From: Armatimonadota bacterium
Lineage (GTDB): Bacteria > Armatimonadota > Zipacnadia > Zipacnadales > UBA5352
Assembly: GCA_034722055.1 (NCBI GenBank)
Contig: JAYENL010000221.1
Span: 8,681 to 72,680 of the forward strand
DNA length: 64,000 bases
Reading direction: 5' to 3'
Part shown: piece by piece, positions 1-10,575 of the stretch
Layout: each line of letters begins with the position of its first letter
How positions within the stretch are numbered: position 1 is the first letter of the stretch
The notes under the pieces: model-generated
What the model was told of the DNA's origin: nothing
What the model saw: the letters and a program-made list of their open reading frames with translations, nothing else
Databases searched by the model: none
Position numbers and translations under genes: made by a program

Positions 1-218
1 CTGTCGGAGCTGCTGTAGCGCGCATTGCCGGTAGTGCTCGGTGGCGGAAGTTCGCGGAATATGCGGCCCCTCCATCGGGTCCGGCGCACGTCTTCGAGGC
101 CGCGAAGCGCTCAGTGCGCTCGTCGTCAACGCGCGTGGAATTGGGCAAGTCAGCAGTGGCGACGCGCGTTTCCTCGGCACGGGCCGCACTGGATTCAGAT
201 ACGTCTGAGGTGAGACAG

Positions 219-1556
219 ATGCGACCGATTCTGGCCGCACTCGTAGCAATCACCGCGATGACCGCGTGCAGCGCAGTCGCTCAGGAGGCCGAGAATCCGC
301 TGGCCCAGGTTCTGCCCTACGGGGTCTATGTGGGCGGGAATAACCCCGAGTGGCGGGCGGATGTCGGGGGGCGTGAGGGACTGAGGGAGGCCATCGATCG
401 GGTCTGCGAGGACCTGGCGCGGCACAACATGAACTGCGCATGGCCCAACAACCTGCGCTGGGAGAACCTGCCTTTGTGGCTGGAAGCCGGCGAGCGCCAC
501 GGGGTGCGCATCATCCCGCAGGCCGGCGGGCCGCCGGGCTTCGTGCGCGCGCAGTGGTTCAAGGACAAGGAGGACTTCGCCAAGCGCGTGGAGCCCTTCT
601 ACGAGGACCTCGCCGACAAGTACGGCGATTCCGAGGCACTGCTGGCGTGGAGCCTGACGGAGGAGAACCGGCCGCTGGAGTGGTTCTACGAGGCCATCCG
701 CGACCTTACCCGCAAGATGGCCCAGTGGGACCCGCAGCATCCGGTCATCACCATGGACAACCGCGCTCCGACGGCGTGGATGAATGCGCGTACCGTGCAG
801 CCGAAGGCCTTCTGCCGCGACGTCTACGTGTTCTTCACCGACGGGCTCAACGGCCCCGTCACCCCCATCGGCTTCGAGAGCCTGCTGCGCCGCGAGTGCC
901 AGGTCTTCCGAGAGGCCGCCGATCACGCCGACGCGGTCTTCTGGATGATGGGCCAGGGCATGGCGCTGATCGGCCATGGGCCGGGCTCGGAGCGGCACGT
1001 CTACCGCTACCCCACGCCCGCCGAGATCCGCTGGCAGGTGTGGACGGCCCTGCAGGAGGGCGCCAAGGGCTTCTTCTACTTCATGTATGCGGGCCCGCAG
1101 GAGCCGCGCGAGCGCGGGGAGTTCATCGAGGGCCTCCGCGACCGGGACCTGCGCGAGACGCCGCAGTACGCCATGGCCGCGAAGGTGGGGCGGCAGCTTC
1201 AGGCCCTGGCGCCGATCCTGCTTGAGATCGAGCCCGCGCCGCCGCACCAGCGGGTCGTCTACTGGGAGAACACCCCGGTCAGTGCGCGCACCTTCGTCCA
1301 CCAGGAGACCGGGCAGCGCTTCGTCATCGCGGTCAATAACGACTGCGCGGAGGTCCAGCGCGTGGGGATCGAGCTGGGCTACTTCCCGGGGATGATCGAC
1401 GAGGGTGAGAAGCTCTTCGATCTCCGGAGCCGGCAGGGCTACGACTACCAGGCCATCAAGCTGACCACGCTGCTGCCCGGCGACGGCACCATCTACTTCG
1501 TCGGTACCGATGAACAGTGGCAGGAGCTGTCGGCGGAGCTGTACGGGGAGCAATAG
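219..1556 (+). CDS. Secreted glycoside-hydrolase-like TIM-barrel protein (family unassigned)
   Basis: ATG at 219 after GAGGTG; signal peptide MRPILAALVAITAMTACSAVA; WSLTEEN acid/base-like motif; 'PTPAEIRWQVWTALQEGAKGFFYFMY' resembles the last strands of GH-A-like barrels. Confidence 0.6.
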   Translation: MRPILAALVAITAMTACSAVAQEAENPLAQVLPYGVYVGGNNPEWRADVGGREGLREAIDRVCEDLARHNMNCAWPNNLRWENLPLWLEAGERHGVRIIPQAGGPPGFVRAQWFKDKEDFAKRVEPFYEDLADKYGDSEALLAWSLTEENRPLEWFYEAIRDLTRKMAQWDPQHPVITMDNRAPTAWMNARTVQPKAFCRDVYVFFTDGLNGPVTPIGFESLLRRECQVFREAADHADAVFWMMGQGMALIGHGPGSERHVYRYPTPAEIRWQVWTALQEGAKGFFYFMYAGPQEPRERGEFIEGLRDRDLRETPQYAMAAKVGRQLQALAPILLEIEPAPPHQRVVYWENTPVSARTFVHQETGQRFVIAVNNDCAEVQRVGIELGYFPGMIDEGEKLFDLRSRQGYDYQAIKLTTLLPGDGTIYFVGTDEQWQELSAELYGEQ

Positions 1557-1658
1557 CCCCGCCCACGGTTGCCTGAAGCGCGTCGGGCTGGAAGCTGAGG
1601 CACGTCGTCAGGCGCAGGCCGACCTGCGCGCATGATCCGGCTGCCAGGGCGCGAGTGC

Positions 1659-2798
1659 CTACCGCTCTGCCTGCAGCACGCGCGCGAGCCACGGAACCGC
1701 GACGTCGGGCTTGAAGCTGTGCTGGGGGACGTCCACATTGGCCCAGGCGGCGAGGTACTCCTCCATGGTCAGGCCTTCGGGCAGCGGCTCGCCGTCGTGT
1801 GGGCGATCCTCGGGCCGCGCGTACTTCGGGTAGTAGGCGACCTCGAAGCTTTGCTCCGCGCCGAGCGTCTCCCATGCCCTGCGGATGCGCTGGATGTGCT
1901 CGGTCCGGCCCCCCTCAGTGATCAGGAAGGGCCGTGGGGCGATGGCCGCCATCAGGTCGGGGTAGTCGAACCAGGTGATGAGGCCGGGGATGTACTGATG
2001 GAGGGCGATCCAGTCGAGGTTGAGCGCGATGGCCCGCTCCCGGAAGTCGCACATGAAGTCGTTCCAGACGACGGCCGCGATGGTGGTGTCCAACACGCCC
2101 AGGATCAGCGCCGGCTTGGCACCGAGGGAGTGGCCGCTGACGGCGATGCGGCTCTCATCGATCCAGCTCTGACGCTTGGCCCACTGGAGGATGGGCAGCT
2201 TCTCGAAGACCGACAGGCCCTCGTAATGCCGGCCCAGCCACAGCAGGTTCATGACGATCCTGGCCCGCTCGGGCCTGACCTCGCTGGCGCGCTCGCCCAT
2301 GCACGGGTTATCCACGGCGATGGCCACCATGCCGGCGCGAGCGTAGTGCAGCGCCATGCGGTTGGTGTCCCAGTGCGCATCATCGGACTCCGGCTCGTCC
2401 TCGCCCGCCAGGCCCTCCTTGGTGCGCGTGGAGCCGGGGAAGCACAGCACCGCCGGGGCGGGCTCGGGGATGTCGTCGGGCACCAGCACAAGGTAGGGCA
2501 CCACGCTGTGCGGCTCCGGATAGACCTCCCACTTCTGGAGCTCGTAGCCCTCGCGAGGCCGGCTCCACAGCATTCGCGGCTCGGGCTGCGCGGGGACGTC
2601 CGGGAACCGCATGAGCTGCTCCAGGCGCTCCCGCACCTGCTCCCGCCAGCCGGGGAATCCCTCGGCGGACAGGTCAGGGTCGAAGGCCAGGGGCTGATCG
2701 AGAGCCTTCATGGCGGCGTGGGCAAAGCCCGCGGTCGTCACGAAGCGCCCGTCGTCCCGGTCAGTGCTGAAGGTAGGTCGCTGTGCCATGGCGGACAT
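1659..2798 (-). CDS. Alpha/beta hydrolase (Abhydrolase_7 / dienelactone hydrolase-like esterase)
   Basis: GHSLG nucleophile elbow; 'PAVLCFPG', 'AIAPRPFLITEG'; SD GGAGA upstream. Confidence 0.8.
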   Translation of the reverse strand: MSAMAQRPTFSTDRDDGRFVTTAGFAHAAMKALDQPLAFDPDLSAEGFPGWREQVRERLEQLMRFPDVPAQPEPRMLWSRPREGYELQKWEVYPEPHSVVPYLVLVPDDIPEPAPAVLCFPGSTRTKEGLAGEDEPESDDAHWDTNRMALHYARAGMVAIAVDNPCMGERASEVRPERARIVMNLLWLGRHYEGLSVFEKLPILQWAKRQSWIDESRIAVSGHSLGAKPALILGVLDTTIAAVVWNDFMCDFRERAIALNLDWIALHQYIPGLITWFDYPDLMAAIAPRPFLITEGGRTEHIQRIRRAWETLGAEQSFEVAYYPKYARPEDRPHDGEPLPEGLTMEEYLAAWANVDVPQHSFKPDVAVPWLARVLQAER

Positions 2799-2908
2799 CT
2801 CCCTTTGGCCGACGGTAGCTCCCGGCGTGCAGTTCGCTGCACGGCGTTGCAGGTCCTCCGAGCACGCACGGGCAAATGGACGGCCGAACCGAAAGGAGGC
2901 GGCGGCTC

Positions 2909-4309
2909 ATGCGCGGACTGTGCCTCGTGGCGGTGATGGCGATGGCGGTGTCGATGGCGGGCGCGCAACTGGACGTGGACGCGCTCGCGGAGGCATACAG
3001 GGCCTTCGACATGGAGCGCAACGAGGGGATGGGACACTCGGACAAGCCCGATTCGGGCTCGCTGGGGTGGGGCGAGGGAGGTATCATCGAGTCCTACGCG
3101 CGGATGTGGGAGGTGACGGGCGACACCTACTGGCTGGAGAAGACCCGCGATCACTTTCGGCGCATCATGGGTAACGCGTCCGACCCGGACGGTGACGGCT
3201 ATCTGAGCTGGCAGACCACCACCTACTCCACGGCCATTGCATGGGCTGAGCGGCTGCACAACGTCTCCGACGCGCAGATCCAGCCGCCCCACCAGAAGCA
3301 GATGAGCGGCAAGGAGGCCGCCAAGGCCACCGGGCACACCTACCTCATCGAGTTCCCGGAGAGTCCCCAGGCCCTCCGCATCGTTGACTGGACGACGCGC
3401 GAGGTGGTGGCCGAGGACGTCCCCTATGAGGACGGTGCGGCCATCACGCTCATCGAGCCGTTCTCGGTGACGATCTCCGGCGCCACGCACCAGGGCGACC
3501 GCTTCATGGTGCGGACGCAGCAGGCGCAGCCGCTGGAGTTCACCGTCCATCAGGGGATGTTTATCTACCCGGTGGCCCTGTTCATCGAGGCGGTAAAGAC
3601 CACGCCGGAGCTGCAGGAGGAGTTCGGGGAGGATGCGGAGACCTTCCTGCAGTTCATCAACACGCATCTGTTCGAGAAGAACGAGCGGGACTGGCTGGAC
3701 ATGGGGGAGCTGGGCGGTGGCTATCGCTTCGAGCCCAAGATCACCGACCGCTACCCGAACCGCATCATGCCCCACAACCAGTACGGGGCGCTGGCTCGGG
3801 CCTGGCTGGTGCTGGCGGAGGTGGAGGGCGCGCATCCGCTGATGGCTCAGCGCGCCGAGCAGATGTGCCAGTACTTCCGCAGCTACCTGGAGCTGGACGA
3901 GGATCACGACGCCTGGCGGTGGCACTACTGGGACTGGACGGAGTACGGTGAGCCGGACCATTCGGGCTGGGAGGACACCTCGCACGGGCACATCGACGTG
4001 AGCCTGGCGGTGGAGGCGGCGCGACGGGGCGTGGTGTTCACCGACGCTGACATGCGGCGGTTCGTGAACACCTGGCTGGAGGTGATGTGGAACGGCGATG
4101 AGGAGACGCCCCGGATGGCGCACCGGGTGGCGGAGGACGAGAACTTCAGGCACTCGGCGCTGCTGCGGAGCTGGACGGAGCTGGCGCAGTGGGACCGCAG
4201 GGTCTACGAGCTGGCGCTGACGGAGTTCCAGAACAAGGACGCGGAGGGCCAGGCGGCTTGGGCGCCCGCAATGCTGCTGTGCGCCAGTCGCGCCGGAGCA
4301 CTGCAGTGA
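2909..4309 (+). CDS. Secreted hypothetical protein, probable (alpha/alpha)-toroid glycan-active enzyme
   Basis: AAGGAGG SD; signal peptide; helical Trp/Tyr-rich repeats ('WEVTGDTYWLE', 'WHYWDW', 'EDTSHGHI'); DPDGDG Ca-binding-like loop. Confidence 0.55.
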   Translation: MRGLCLVAVMAMAVSMAGAQLDVDALAEAYRAFDMERNEGMGHSDKPDSGSLGWGEGGIIESYARMWEVTGDTYWLEKTRDHFRRIMGNASDPDGDGYLSWQTTTYSTAIAWAERLHNVSDAQIQPPHQKQMSGKEAAKATGHTYLIEFPESPQALRIVDWTTREVVAEDVPYEDGAAITLIEPFSVTISGATHQGDRFMVRTQQAQPLEFTVHQGMFIYPVALFIEAVKTTPELQEEFGEDAETFLQFINTHLFEKNERDWLDMGELGGGYRFEPKITDRYPNRIMPHNQYGALARAWLVLAEVEGAHPLMAQRAEQMCQYFRSYLELDEDHDAWRWHYWDWTEYGEPDHSGWEDTSHGHIDVSLAVEAARRGVVFTDADMRRFVNTWLEVMWNGDEETPRMAHRVAEDENFRHSALLRSWTELAQWDRRVYELALTEFQNKDAEGQAAWAPAMLLCASRAGALQ

Positions 4310-4349
4310 CCGCGCGGAAGCAGCATAGAACCATGCGCCACAGCAGAAT

Positions 4350-5018
4350 CTACTCCGGCGCCACCGCCGAGTGATAGAACTGGGCGCCGAGCCATCGGAA
4401 GAGTATCCCCAGCGTGATCAGGACGGCCAGAGCACTCCAGATCAGCGGCTCGTTGCGTGGAGCGAGGCCCAGGGCTGCCAGAACATCGGGCGTACCGATC
4501 TCCCTGACATCGACTACGTAGGCGGCGAGCATCTGGAAGACGGCCAGCCCAAAGCACGCGAACTCGAGCACCCACATAGCGAAGCTGACCAGCGCTCTGG
4601 AAAAGCGTCGGGGGCCGGAGATGACGCGCCGCACCTGTTCGGAGAACGTGCCGCACCGACCGCAGCTCTGCCCGTCATCCTGAAGCAGCTCGTCATGCTG
4701 ATCCAGGAGAGCGCATACGCCGGTAAGCTCGCGGCGACAGCGGGGACACCCCGACAGGTGGCGGACGATAGCGTCGGCGTGGGGGGCGTCGAGGCCGTGA
4801 GCGGCGAAGCTGGCCAGCTCGAGGTCTGACAGGTGCTCTTCCTCCTCATCCTCGAAGGCGAGAGCGACCAGCCCACGCGTCGCGCGCCCGACCCGCCGTA
4901 ACTGTCGCCGGCAGTCGGGACACTCCTGAAGATGACGCCGGAGGCGTTCCTCCTCCTCCGGGGAGCACTCCTGGTCCAGACGGGCAACAAGCGCCGAGAT
5001 CCTATTGCATTCACGCAT
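4350..5018 (-). CDS. Membrane-bound anti-sigma factor with two zf-HC2 (HxxxCxxC) domains
   Basis: HLQECPDC and HLSGCPRC motifs; two C-terminal hydrophobic segments; directly downstream of ECF sigma. Confidence 0.8.
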   Translation of the reverse strand: MRECNRISALVARLDQECSPEEEERLRRHLQECPDCRRQLRRVGRATRGLVALAFEDEEEEHLSDLELASFAAHGLDAPHADAIVRHLSGCPRCRRELTGVCALLDQHDELLQDDGQSCGRCGTFSEQVRRVISGPRRFSRALVSFAMWVLEFACFGLAVFQMLAAYVVDVREIGTPDVLAALGLAPRNEPLIWSALAVLITLGILFRWLGAQFYHSAVAPE

Positions 5019-5066
5019 GATAGGTCACAATAGCGTTAATCGCGTGCCGCACCAATGTGTTACCCG

Positions 5067-5678
5067 CTAGGAGAGCAGGTCGTCGTCGAGCTTCTCGCAG
5101 ATATCGGCGAGCCGGCGGAGGGCCTTGTAAATGCGCTGTCGAGCGGCCCCGTGGGTGATGCCCAGCACTTTGGCAATGGCCGCTCCGGTGAGGCCGTCAG
5201 CGAAACGCATCGCCAGGACCAGGCGGTCGCTGTCGGACAGTTGCATCACCGCGTCGTGCACGGCCTTCCTGGTCGTCAGACGTTCCAGCGCCGCGTCTGG
5301 TTCGGCCTCCGGCCCGGCGGCCACGGTGTCCTCCAACCCACCGCCCTCCTCGCCGGAGGGCTGAAGGTCGGCGATGCGCTCCCGGAGGCCACGGCGGCGC
5401 CCCAGCCATGCGATGCAGTGACGGACGGCGATGGTGGTGAGGTAGGCCGCGAAGGGGGCTCGCGGCTCCCATGCACGCAGGGCGCGCTTGTCGTTGTGCA
5501 GCAGGCGGGCGATGATCTCCGAGAAGAGGTCGCGGCGGTCCTCAGGGTCGGGAGCGTAGCGGGCGATAAGCAGACGCAGATGGCGCGCGTAGCGGTCACG
5601 CAGCGCGCAGAAGGCGTCATCATCGCCTGCCGCCGCGAGCCGGACGAGCTTGACCTCGTTCTCAGGCAGGTCCTGCAT
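5067..5678 (-). CDS. ECF RNA polymerase sigma-70 factor
   Basis: 'AAAGDDDAFCALRDRY' region 2 start; region 4 'LSDSDRLVLAMRFADGLTGAAIAKVLGITHGAARQRIYKALRRL'; GGAGG SD before ATG 5678. Confidence 0.9.
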   Translation of the reverse strand: MQDLPENEVKLVRLAAAGDDDAFCALRDRYARHLRLLIARYAPDPEDRRDLFSEIIARLLHNDKRALRAWEPRAPFAAYLTTIAVRHCIAWLGRRRGLRERIADLQPSGEEGGGLEDTVAAGPEAEPDAALERLTTRKAVHDAVMQLSDSDRLVLAMRFADGLTGAAIAKVLGITHGAARQRIYKALRRLADICEKLDDDLLS

Positions 5679-5839
5679 CGATCGCCTCCGAGTGGGAAGC
5701 ACGCCACGGGTGGTGATCCACACCTAATTCGCGCGCTTCTTGCCCCATCCCGAGGGAGTGGTTTCGTGGTCACCCCCGGGAATCATTCTTTCTACTTCTA
5801 TTCAAATTAAGCGTTTTTGTGAGGAAGGTCCGGGAGGGG

Positions 5840-6733
5840 CTACAGATCGCGGGGGGTGCGGAGGGCCTCAAAGCCGGAGATGATGTCCAGCAGCTCGGCG
5901 GTGATGGAGCTCTGACGGGTCTGTCGGAAGCGTCCGCGCAGCTCCTCCAGGCGCTCGTCGATGTTCCTCTCAGCGGCCTGCATGGAGGCCATGCGGGCGG
6001 TGTGCTCGCTGATCATGGACTCGACCACGGCGCGGTAGAGGGTGACCAGCAGGTGCTGCTGCATCAGGCGCGAGAACAGCGGCCGCCAGGGCATGGAGAA
6101 GGTGGGGAGCACCCGCGAGGGCCACCGCCGTCGCTCGATGGCCTCCAGCCACTGACGATCGATGGGGAGCAGGCGGTGAATGGCGGGCCTGTAGTGGCCC
6201 GAGGAGACGCGCTCGTTGTAGTAGAGGAAGACCCGGTCGAAGCCCCTCTCGCTGCGCCACCGCTCCACGTGCAGCGCGATCTGCTCGACCACGGGCGTGA
6301 TGCTGCCGGGCGAGGCCGGCGTGCCGAGGTAGTCATCGACGGCCAGGCCGGCGTCCTCGAGGTGTCCGACGGTCCGAAGCCCGATGGCGAGGATGGCGCG
6401 GTCCCGGGGCTCCATCTCCATCTCCTGGAGGTCCTCCACGGCGCGGGAGACGATGTCCTCGTTGAACTGCCCGCACATGCCCTGGTCGGAGCCCAAGACG
6501 ATCATCCCCAGGGAGGCGGAGAGGACGGGCTCGAGGAGCTGCACGCCCTCCGGGCGGTTCGACAGCAGCACCTGCAGGCCCAGCTCCACGGTGCGGTGGT
6601 ATCGGTCCAGGGAGCGGACGACGCCCTCAAGCTGCTGGATGTTGACTGCGGCGAGGGCCTTCATGGTGGTGACCACCGACTGGAGGCTCTCGGCGGTGTC
6701 GATGCGGTCCCGGAGGCTCTCAACCGTCTCCAT
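5840..6733 (-). CDS. atpG: N-type ATP synthase gamma subunit
   Basis: '[10 protein letters not shown]', '[11 protein letters not shown]', '[17 protein letters not shown]', '[19 protein letters not shown]'. Confidence 0.97.
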   Translation of the reverse strand: METVESLRDRIDTAESLQSVVTTMKALAAVNIQQLEGVVRSLDRYHRTVELGLQVLLSNRPEGVQLLEPVLSASLGMIVLGSDQGMCGQFNEDIVSRAVEDLQEMEMEPRDRAILAIGLRTVGHLEDAGLAVDDYLGTPASPGSITPVVEQIALHVERWRSERGFDRVFLYYNERVSSGHYRPAIHRLLPIDRQWLEAIERRRWPSRVLPTFSMPWRPLFSRLMQQHLLVTLYRAVVESMISEHTARMASMQAAERNIDERLEELRGRFRQTRQSSITAELLDIISGFEALRTPRDL

Positions 6734-8294
6734 GCTCGTCCTCCGCCCCGGGAGCCTCCAGGTAGACGGCCTGGCGGGCTACCGCCTCCATCTCCTCCAG
6801 CTCGTCCTCGGACAGCTCCTCGCCGTCAACTATCCGCTGGCAGGTCTCGGGAAGCTTCTCGGTGACCGCCTCCCGCACTCGCCTGGCCGCCCGGTCCACC
6901 TCCTCGGGCTCCACATCGTCGAAGACACCTCTGCTGGCGGCCAGCAACACACCGATCTGCTCGTCCACAGGTATCGGCTCGTACTGCGGCTGCTGGAGGG
7001 CCTCGCGAACCCGCCGGCCGCGCTCGAGCTTCTGCTGGGTCTCCTCGTCCAGGCGCGTGCCGAAACGGGCGAAGGACTCCAGCTCCTCGAACTGCGTGTA
7101 CTGCAGGCGCAGGTCCCCGGCGACCGCGCGATAGGCGGGAAGCTGGGTCCTGCCGCCCACTCGGGAGACGGACTCCCCCACGTCGAGGGCCGGCAGGATG
7201 CCCTTCTGAAACAGCTCCGGGCTGAGATAGATCTGCCCGTCGGTGATGGAGATGAGGTTGGTGGGGATGTAGGCGGAGATGTTCTGGGCCTCGGTCTCCA
7301 CGATAGGAAGGGCGGTCATGGAGCCGCCCCCGAGGTCGGGGCGCAGGTGGGTAGCGCGCTCCAGCAGGCGGGAGTGGATGTAGAAGATATCGCCCGGGTA
7401 GGCCTCCCTGCCCGGCGGGCGCCGCAGCAGCAGGGAGACCTCGCGGTAGGCCTTGGCGTGCTGGGTGAGGTCATCGTAGATCACGAGGACGTCGCCGCGC
7501 TCGGCGAAGTACTCGGCCATGGTGGTGGCCGCGTAGGGAGCCACGTACTGCAGGCCGGGCGGGTCCTCCCCGGAGGCCACCACCACGACGGTGTAGTCGA
7601 GGGCCCCGTGCTTGCGGAGGGCGGCGATGACCCGGGCGGTGTCATCGCTGCGCCGCCCGATGGCGCAGTAGACACAGATGACGTTGGTGTCGCGCTGATT
7701 GATGATGGTGTCCAGCGCCACGGCGGTCTTGCCCGTGTGTCTGTCGCCGACGATCAGCTCCCGCTGACCGCGTCCGATGGGGATGAGGGCGTCGATGGCC
7801 TTCAGGCCGGTCTGCAGCGGGCGGGTGACCGGCGCCCGATCCATCACCGGGGGCGCAGGGCGCTCGATGGGCCGGCGCACCCAGGTGCGGATGGGCCGTC
7901 CGCCGTCCAGCGGCGAGCCCAGCGCGTCCACCACCCGGCCCAGCAGCTCCTCCCCGACCGGAACGTCGATGACCCGGCCGGTGCGCCGCACCTCATCACC
8001 CGACGACAGCTCCTCGCTCTCGCCGAGCAGGATGACCCCCACCTCGTCCTCCTCCAGCGTGAAGGCCATGCCCATCAGCCCACCGGGGAAGCGCACCAGC
8101 TCCTCGAAGCGCACCGCCGGCAGGCCGCGGACACGGGCGATGCCCTGCCCGATCTGCGTGCAGACGCCCACCTCCTCGACAATGGGCTCCCGCCGCGGGC
8201 GCAGGGCCCACTCCAGGGCCCCGGCGACATCGTCCAGCACGCCCTGCAGGTCGTGGCCGTCAAGCTCGACCCGGCTATCCCTGAGCTCGCTCAC
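6720..8294 (-). CDS. atpA: N-type ATP synthase alpha subunit
   Basis: '[19 protein letters not shown]', '[27 protein letters not shown]', '[12 protein letters not shown]'; GTG start at 8294 after GGAGG. Confidence 0.97.
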   Translation of the reverse strand: MSELRDSRVELDGHDLQGVLDDVAGALEWALRPRREPIVEEVGVCTQIGQGIARVRGLPAVRFEELVRFPGGLMGMAFTLEEDEVGVILLGESEELSSGDEVRRTGRVIDVPVGEELLGRVVDALGSPLDGGRPIRTWVRRPIERPAPPVMDRAPVTRPLQTGLKAIDALIPIGRGQRELIVGDRHTGKTAVALDTIINQRDTNVICVYCAIGRRSDDTARVIAALRKHGALDYTVVVVASGEDPPGLQYVAPYAATTMAEYFAERGDVLVIYDDLTQHAKAYREVSLLLRRPPGREAYPGDIFYIHSRLLERATHLRPDLGGGSMTALPIVETEAQNISAYIPTNLISITDGQIYLSPELFQKGILPALDVGESVSRVGGRTQLPAYRAVAGDLRLQYTQFEELESFARFGTRLDEETQQKLERGRRVREALQQPQYEPIPVDEQIGVLLAASRGVFDDVEPEEVDRAARRVREAVTEKLPETCQRIVDGEELSEDELEEMEAVARQAVYLEAPGAEDEHGDG

Positions 8295-9147
8295 GCTGGT
8301 CCTCCCCCGCAGGCTGCTCCCCGTCGCCGGCCGGTGCTCCGACCTCGGTGGGGGACGCGGCCGCCTCGGTGGCCTCCTCGGGCTGCTCCGCCATCTCGCG
8401 CTCCAGCGCCTCGTTGATGCTCTCCTCCACCGCATCGAGGTAGGAGTCGATGCTCCAGGAGAGCTTGCGACCGCCTGCGGCCAGCTCCATCCCGCACAGC
8501 AGGTCCTCGGAGACGCGGAACTCCACCTGCTGCTCCGTGGCCAGCAGCTCGCGGCCGACGGCGGCCAGCTCGTCTCTGCGCTCCGGCGGAACCTGGAAGG
8601 CGCTGGCGATCACCGGGGGCCGATCGGAGCTGCGAAGGGCGTCGCGGAGCTGATCCCGCTCCTCGTCGGAGACCTCCCGCAGGCGCTCGATGAAGACGTC
8701 CACGATCTGGCGCTGCAGCTCAATGTTGGCGAGGTCCTGCAGCGCCCGGCGGGCCAGGGCGCACACCTGGTGGGAGGTGCGGCGGCGAAGCTCGCGAAGG
8801 AAGGCCTCCCGCTCATCCCGGAGGGAGCGGTTCCAGCGCTCCTCCAGGGCCTCGACCTCCTGGCGGGCCTGCTCGACGAGCTCCTCGCGGCGCTGCTGCG
8901 CCTCCTGACGGGCCTCCTCCATCAGCTCGTCGCGACGCTCGTCGAGCTCCCGGCGCGCCTCCTGGTGGCGCCGGGCCTCCTCCTCGGCCTCGGCCTCCCG
9001 CTCCTCGGCCTCCTGCATGCGCTGAGCGATGCGCTGCTCGCGCTCGTCCATGGCGCGCGTGATCGGGCCGTACAGCAGGTAGTGCAGGGCCACCACCAGC
9101 ACCAGGAAGTTGAAGATCTGCGCGCCTACGGTCACCCACGGTTCCAT
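8275..9147 (-). CDS. atpF: N-type ATP synthase subunit b fused to delta-like domain
   Basis: '[21 protein letters not shown]' TM, long coiled coil, C-terminal '[22 protein letters not shown]'. Confidence 0.93.
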   Translation of the reverse strand: MEPWVTVGAQIFNFLVLVVALHYLLYGPITRAMDEREQRIAQRMQEAEEREAEAEEEARRHQEARRELDERRDELMEEARQEAQQRREELVEQARQEVEALEERWNRSLRDEREAFLRELRRRTSHQVCALARRALQDLANIELQRQIVDVFIERLREVSDEERDQLRDALRSSDRPPVIASAFQVPPERRDELAAVGRELLATEQQVEFRVSEDLLCGMELAAGGRKLSWSIDSYLDAVEESINEALEREMAEQPEEATEAAASPTEVGAPAGDGEQPAGEDQRERAQG

Positions 9148-9151
9148 ACAA

Positions 9152-9430
9152 TCACTGTCCGCCCTGGGCGACGAAGTAGTTCCAGAATGGGTTGGCGAAG
9201 ATGACGATCATCGACACCACGAAGCAGTAGATGGCCGTGGACTCGATCATCGCCAGGCCCACGAAGAGCGTGCGGGTGATGGTCCCGGCCTCATCGGGCT
9301 GCTGGGCGATGGACGTCAGGGCCTCAGCCACGGCCCGGCTCTCACCCAGCGCGGGGCCGATGGAGCCTATCATGATGGTCAGCCCCCCGACGACGATGGA
9401 CACCACGGCGATCAGCTCCATGCCACTCAT
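9152..9430 (-). CDS. atpE: ATP synthase subunit c, Na+-binding signature
   Basis: 'GPALGE...AQQPDEAGTITRTLFVGLAMIESTAIY...FANPFW'. Confidence 0.97.
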   Translation of the reverse strand: MSGMELIAVVSIVVGGLTIMIGSIGPALGESRAVAEALTSIAQQPDEAGTITRTLFVGLAMIESTAIYCFVVSMIVIFANPFWNYFVAQGGQ

Positions 9431-9475
9431 CCGGCAGCTTCCTTTCCTCAGCGTCCGTTGCTTACCGCGTGCCGC

Positions 9476-10267
9476 TCAGTCCGAGCGCTCCTGGCCCTCC
9501 CATTGGTCCTCGGCCTCAGAGGCCTGGCCTTCCCGCTGCTCCTCGGGGGCGCCCTGCTCCTGCGCCTCGTCCTCCGACGGGGTCCCGCGGCTGGCGCGGG
9601 TGGCGGAGGCGATGTAGACCATGGCCAGCACCGCGAAGATGTAGGCCTGCACCAGCCCGGTCAGCAGGCTCAGCATCTGCATCAGCGTGGGGAGGACTAC
9701 GGGCGCGATCTTCAGCAGGATGGCGACGATGAGCGCGCCGGCCATGATGTTACCGAACAGGCGGATGGCGAGGGCGATGGTGCGCGAGATCTCGCCGATG
9801 ATGTGGAAGGGCAGCATTATGGGCGTCGGGCGCACGTACTGCTTGAGGTAGCCGGCCAGGCCCCGCTGCGAGATGCCGTAGATGGGCACGGAGACGAAGA
9901 CGCACAGGGCCAGCGCGAAGGTGGTGGACAGGGAGGCGGTGGGCGCCTGGTACCCCGGAACCACGGACAGCAGGTTGCAGGTGGCGATGAACAGAAACAG
10001 CGTGCCCACGAAGGGCAGGAACTGGTCGGGGCCCTGGCCGGCAAGCTCCCTGATGTGGTCGCGCATGCCGCCCACGATGATCTCCAGCATGTTCTGGCCG
10101 GGGCTGATCTCGACGTCGGAGGTGAGTCCTCTGCGGACCACGAGGGCAACCAGGATCAGCAGCAGCATGGTCACCCACGTGAAGACGATGGTGGCGTTGA
10201 GCTGGATCGGGCCCCACTGGTAGAGGACGACCTGATCGGGCGTGAGAGTGACGCTGCCGCTACCCAT
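9476..10267 (-). CDS. atpB: ATP synthase subunit a
   Basis: 'PTASLSTTFALAL', 'GEISRTIALAIRLFGNIM', 'GLVQAYIFAVLAMVYI'. Confidence 0.97.
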   Translation of the reverse strand: MGSGSVTLTPDQVVLYQWGPIQLNATIVFTWVTMLLLILVALVVRRGLTSDVEISPGQNMLEIIVGGMRDHIRELAGQGPDQFLPFVGTLFLFIATCNLLSVVPGYQAPTASLSTTFALALCVFVSVPIYGISQRGLAGYLKQYVRPTPIMLPFHIIGEISRTIALAIRLFGNIMAGALIVAILLKIAPVVLPTLMQMLSLLTGLVQAYIFAVLAMVYIASATRASRGTPSEDEAQEQGAPEEQREGQASEAEDQWEGQERSD

Positions 10268-10575
10268 CAGTCATCCCCCTCCGGCGTGGGCACGCCCGGC
10301 TCTCGGCACGGTCCCCAGATACGGGTGGCGAGCACGCGGGCGCCGATGAAGCCCAGCACGCCCGCCACGAGCTGAGCGGCGCCCCATGTAAGGAGCAGGT
10401 AGAAGACTCCGGTCGCCACGGCGACCCGCACGACGGCGCTGGTGCCCCAGACAAGCACAGGGCGCCGGGCGCCGGGGAGGCGCTGGACGGTCCACCACAG
10501 GCCCGCGAAGTAGGCCAGGCCCATGGCCACGCCGGCGGCCAGGCCGCCCGCCACGGGAATCGGCTCAATCCCCAT
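10267..10575 (-). CDS. atpR: N-ATPase AtpR subunit
   Basis: 'GLAYFAGLWWTVQRL', three TM segments with membrane Arg residues; position between atpQ and atpB. Confidence 0.9.
   Translation of the reverse strand: MGIEPIPVAGGLAAGVAMGLAYFAGLWWTVQRLPGARRPVLVWGTSAVVRVAVATGVFYLLLTWGAAQLVAGVLGFIGARVLATRIWGPCREPGVPTPEGDD

Noticed and set aside
1..218. Possible gene start on the minus strand at the left edge, and an ATG at the right edge (63988)
   Set aside because: Too little sequence to support a call.
5019..5066. Possible ECF promoter (GTAAC...) between sigma and anti-sigma genes
   Set aside because: The -10 element is not convincing and cannot be separated from chance.
7725..7750. atpA P-loop GDRHTGKT instead of GDRQTGKT; atpD DELSRSD instead of DELSEED
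   Set aside because: Alpha site is non-catalytic and the DELSEED loop varies in N-ATPases; no sign of inactivation.
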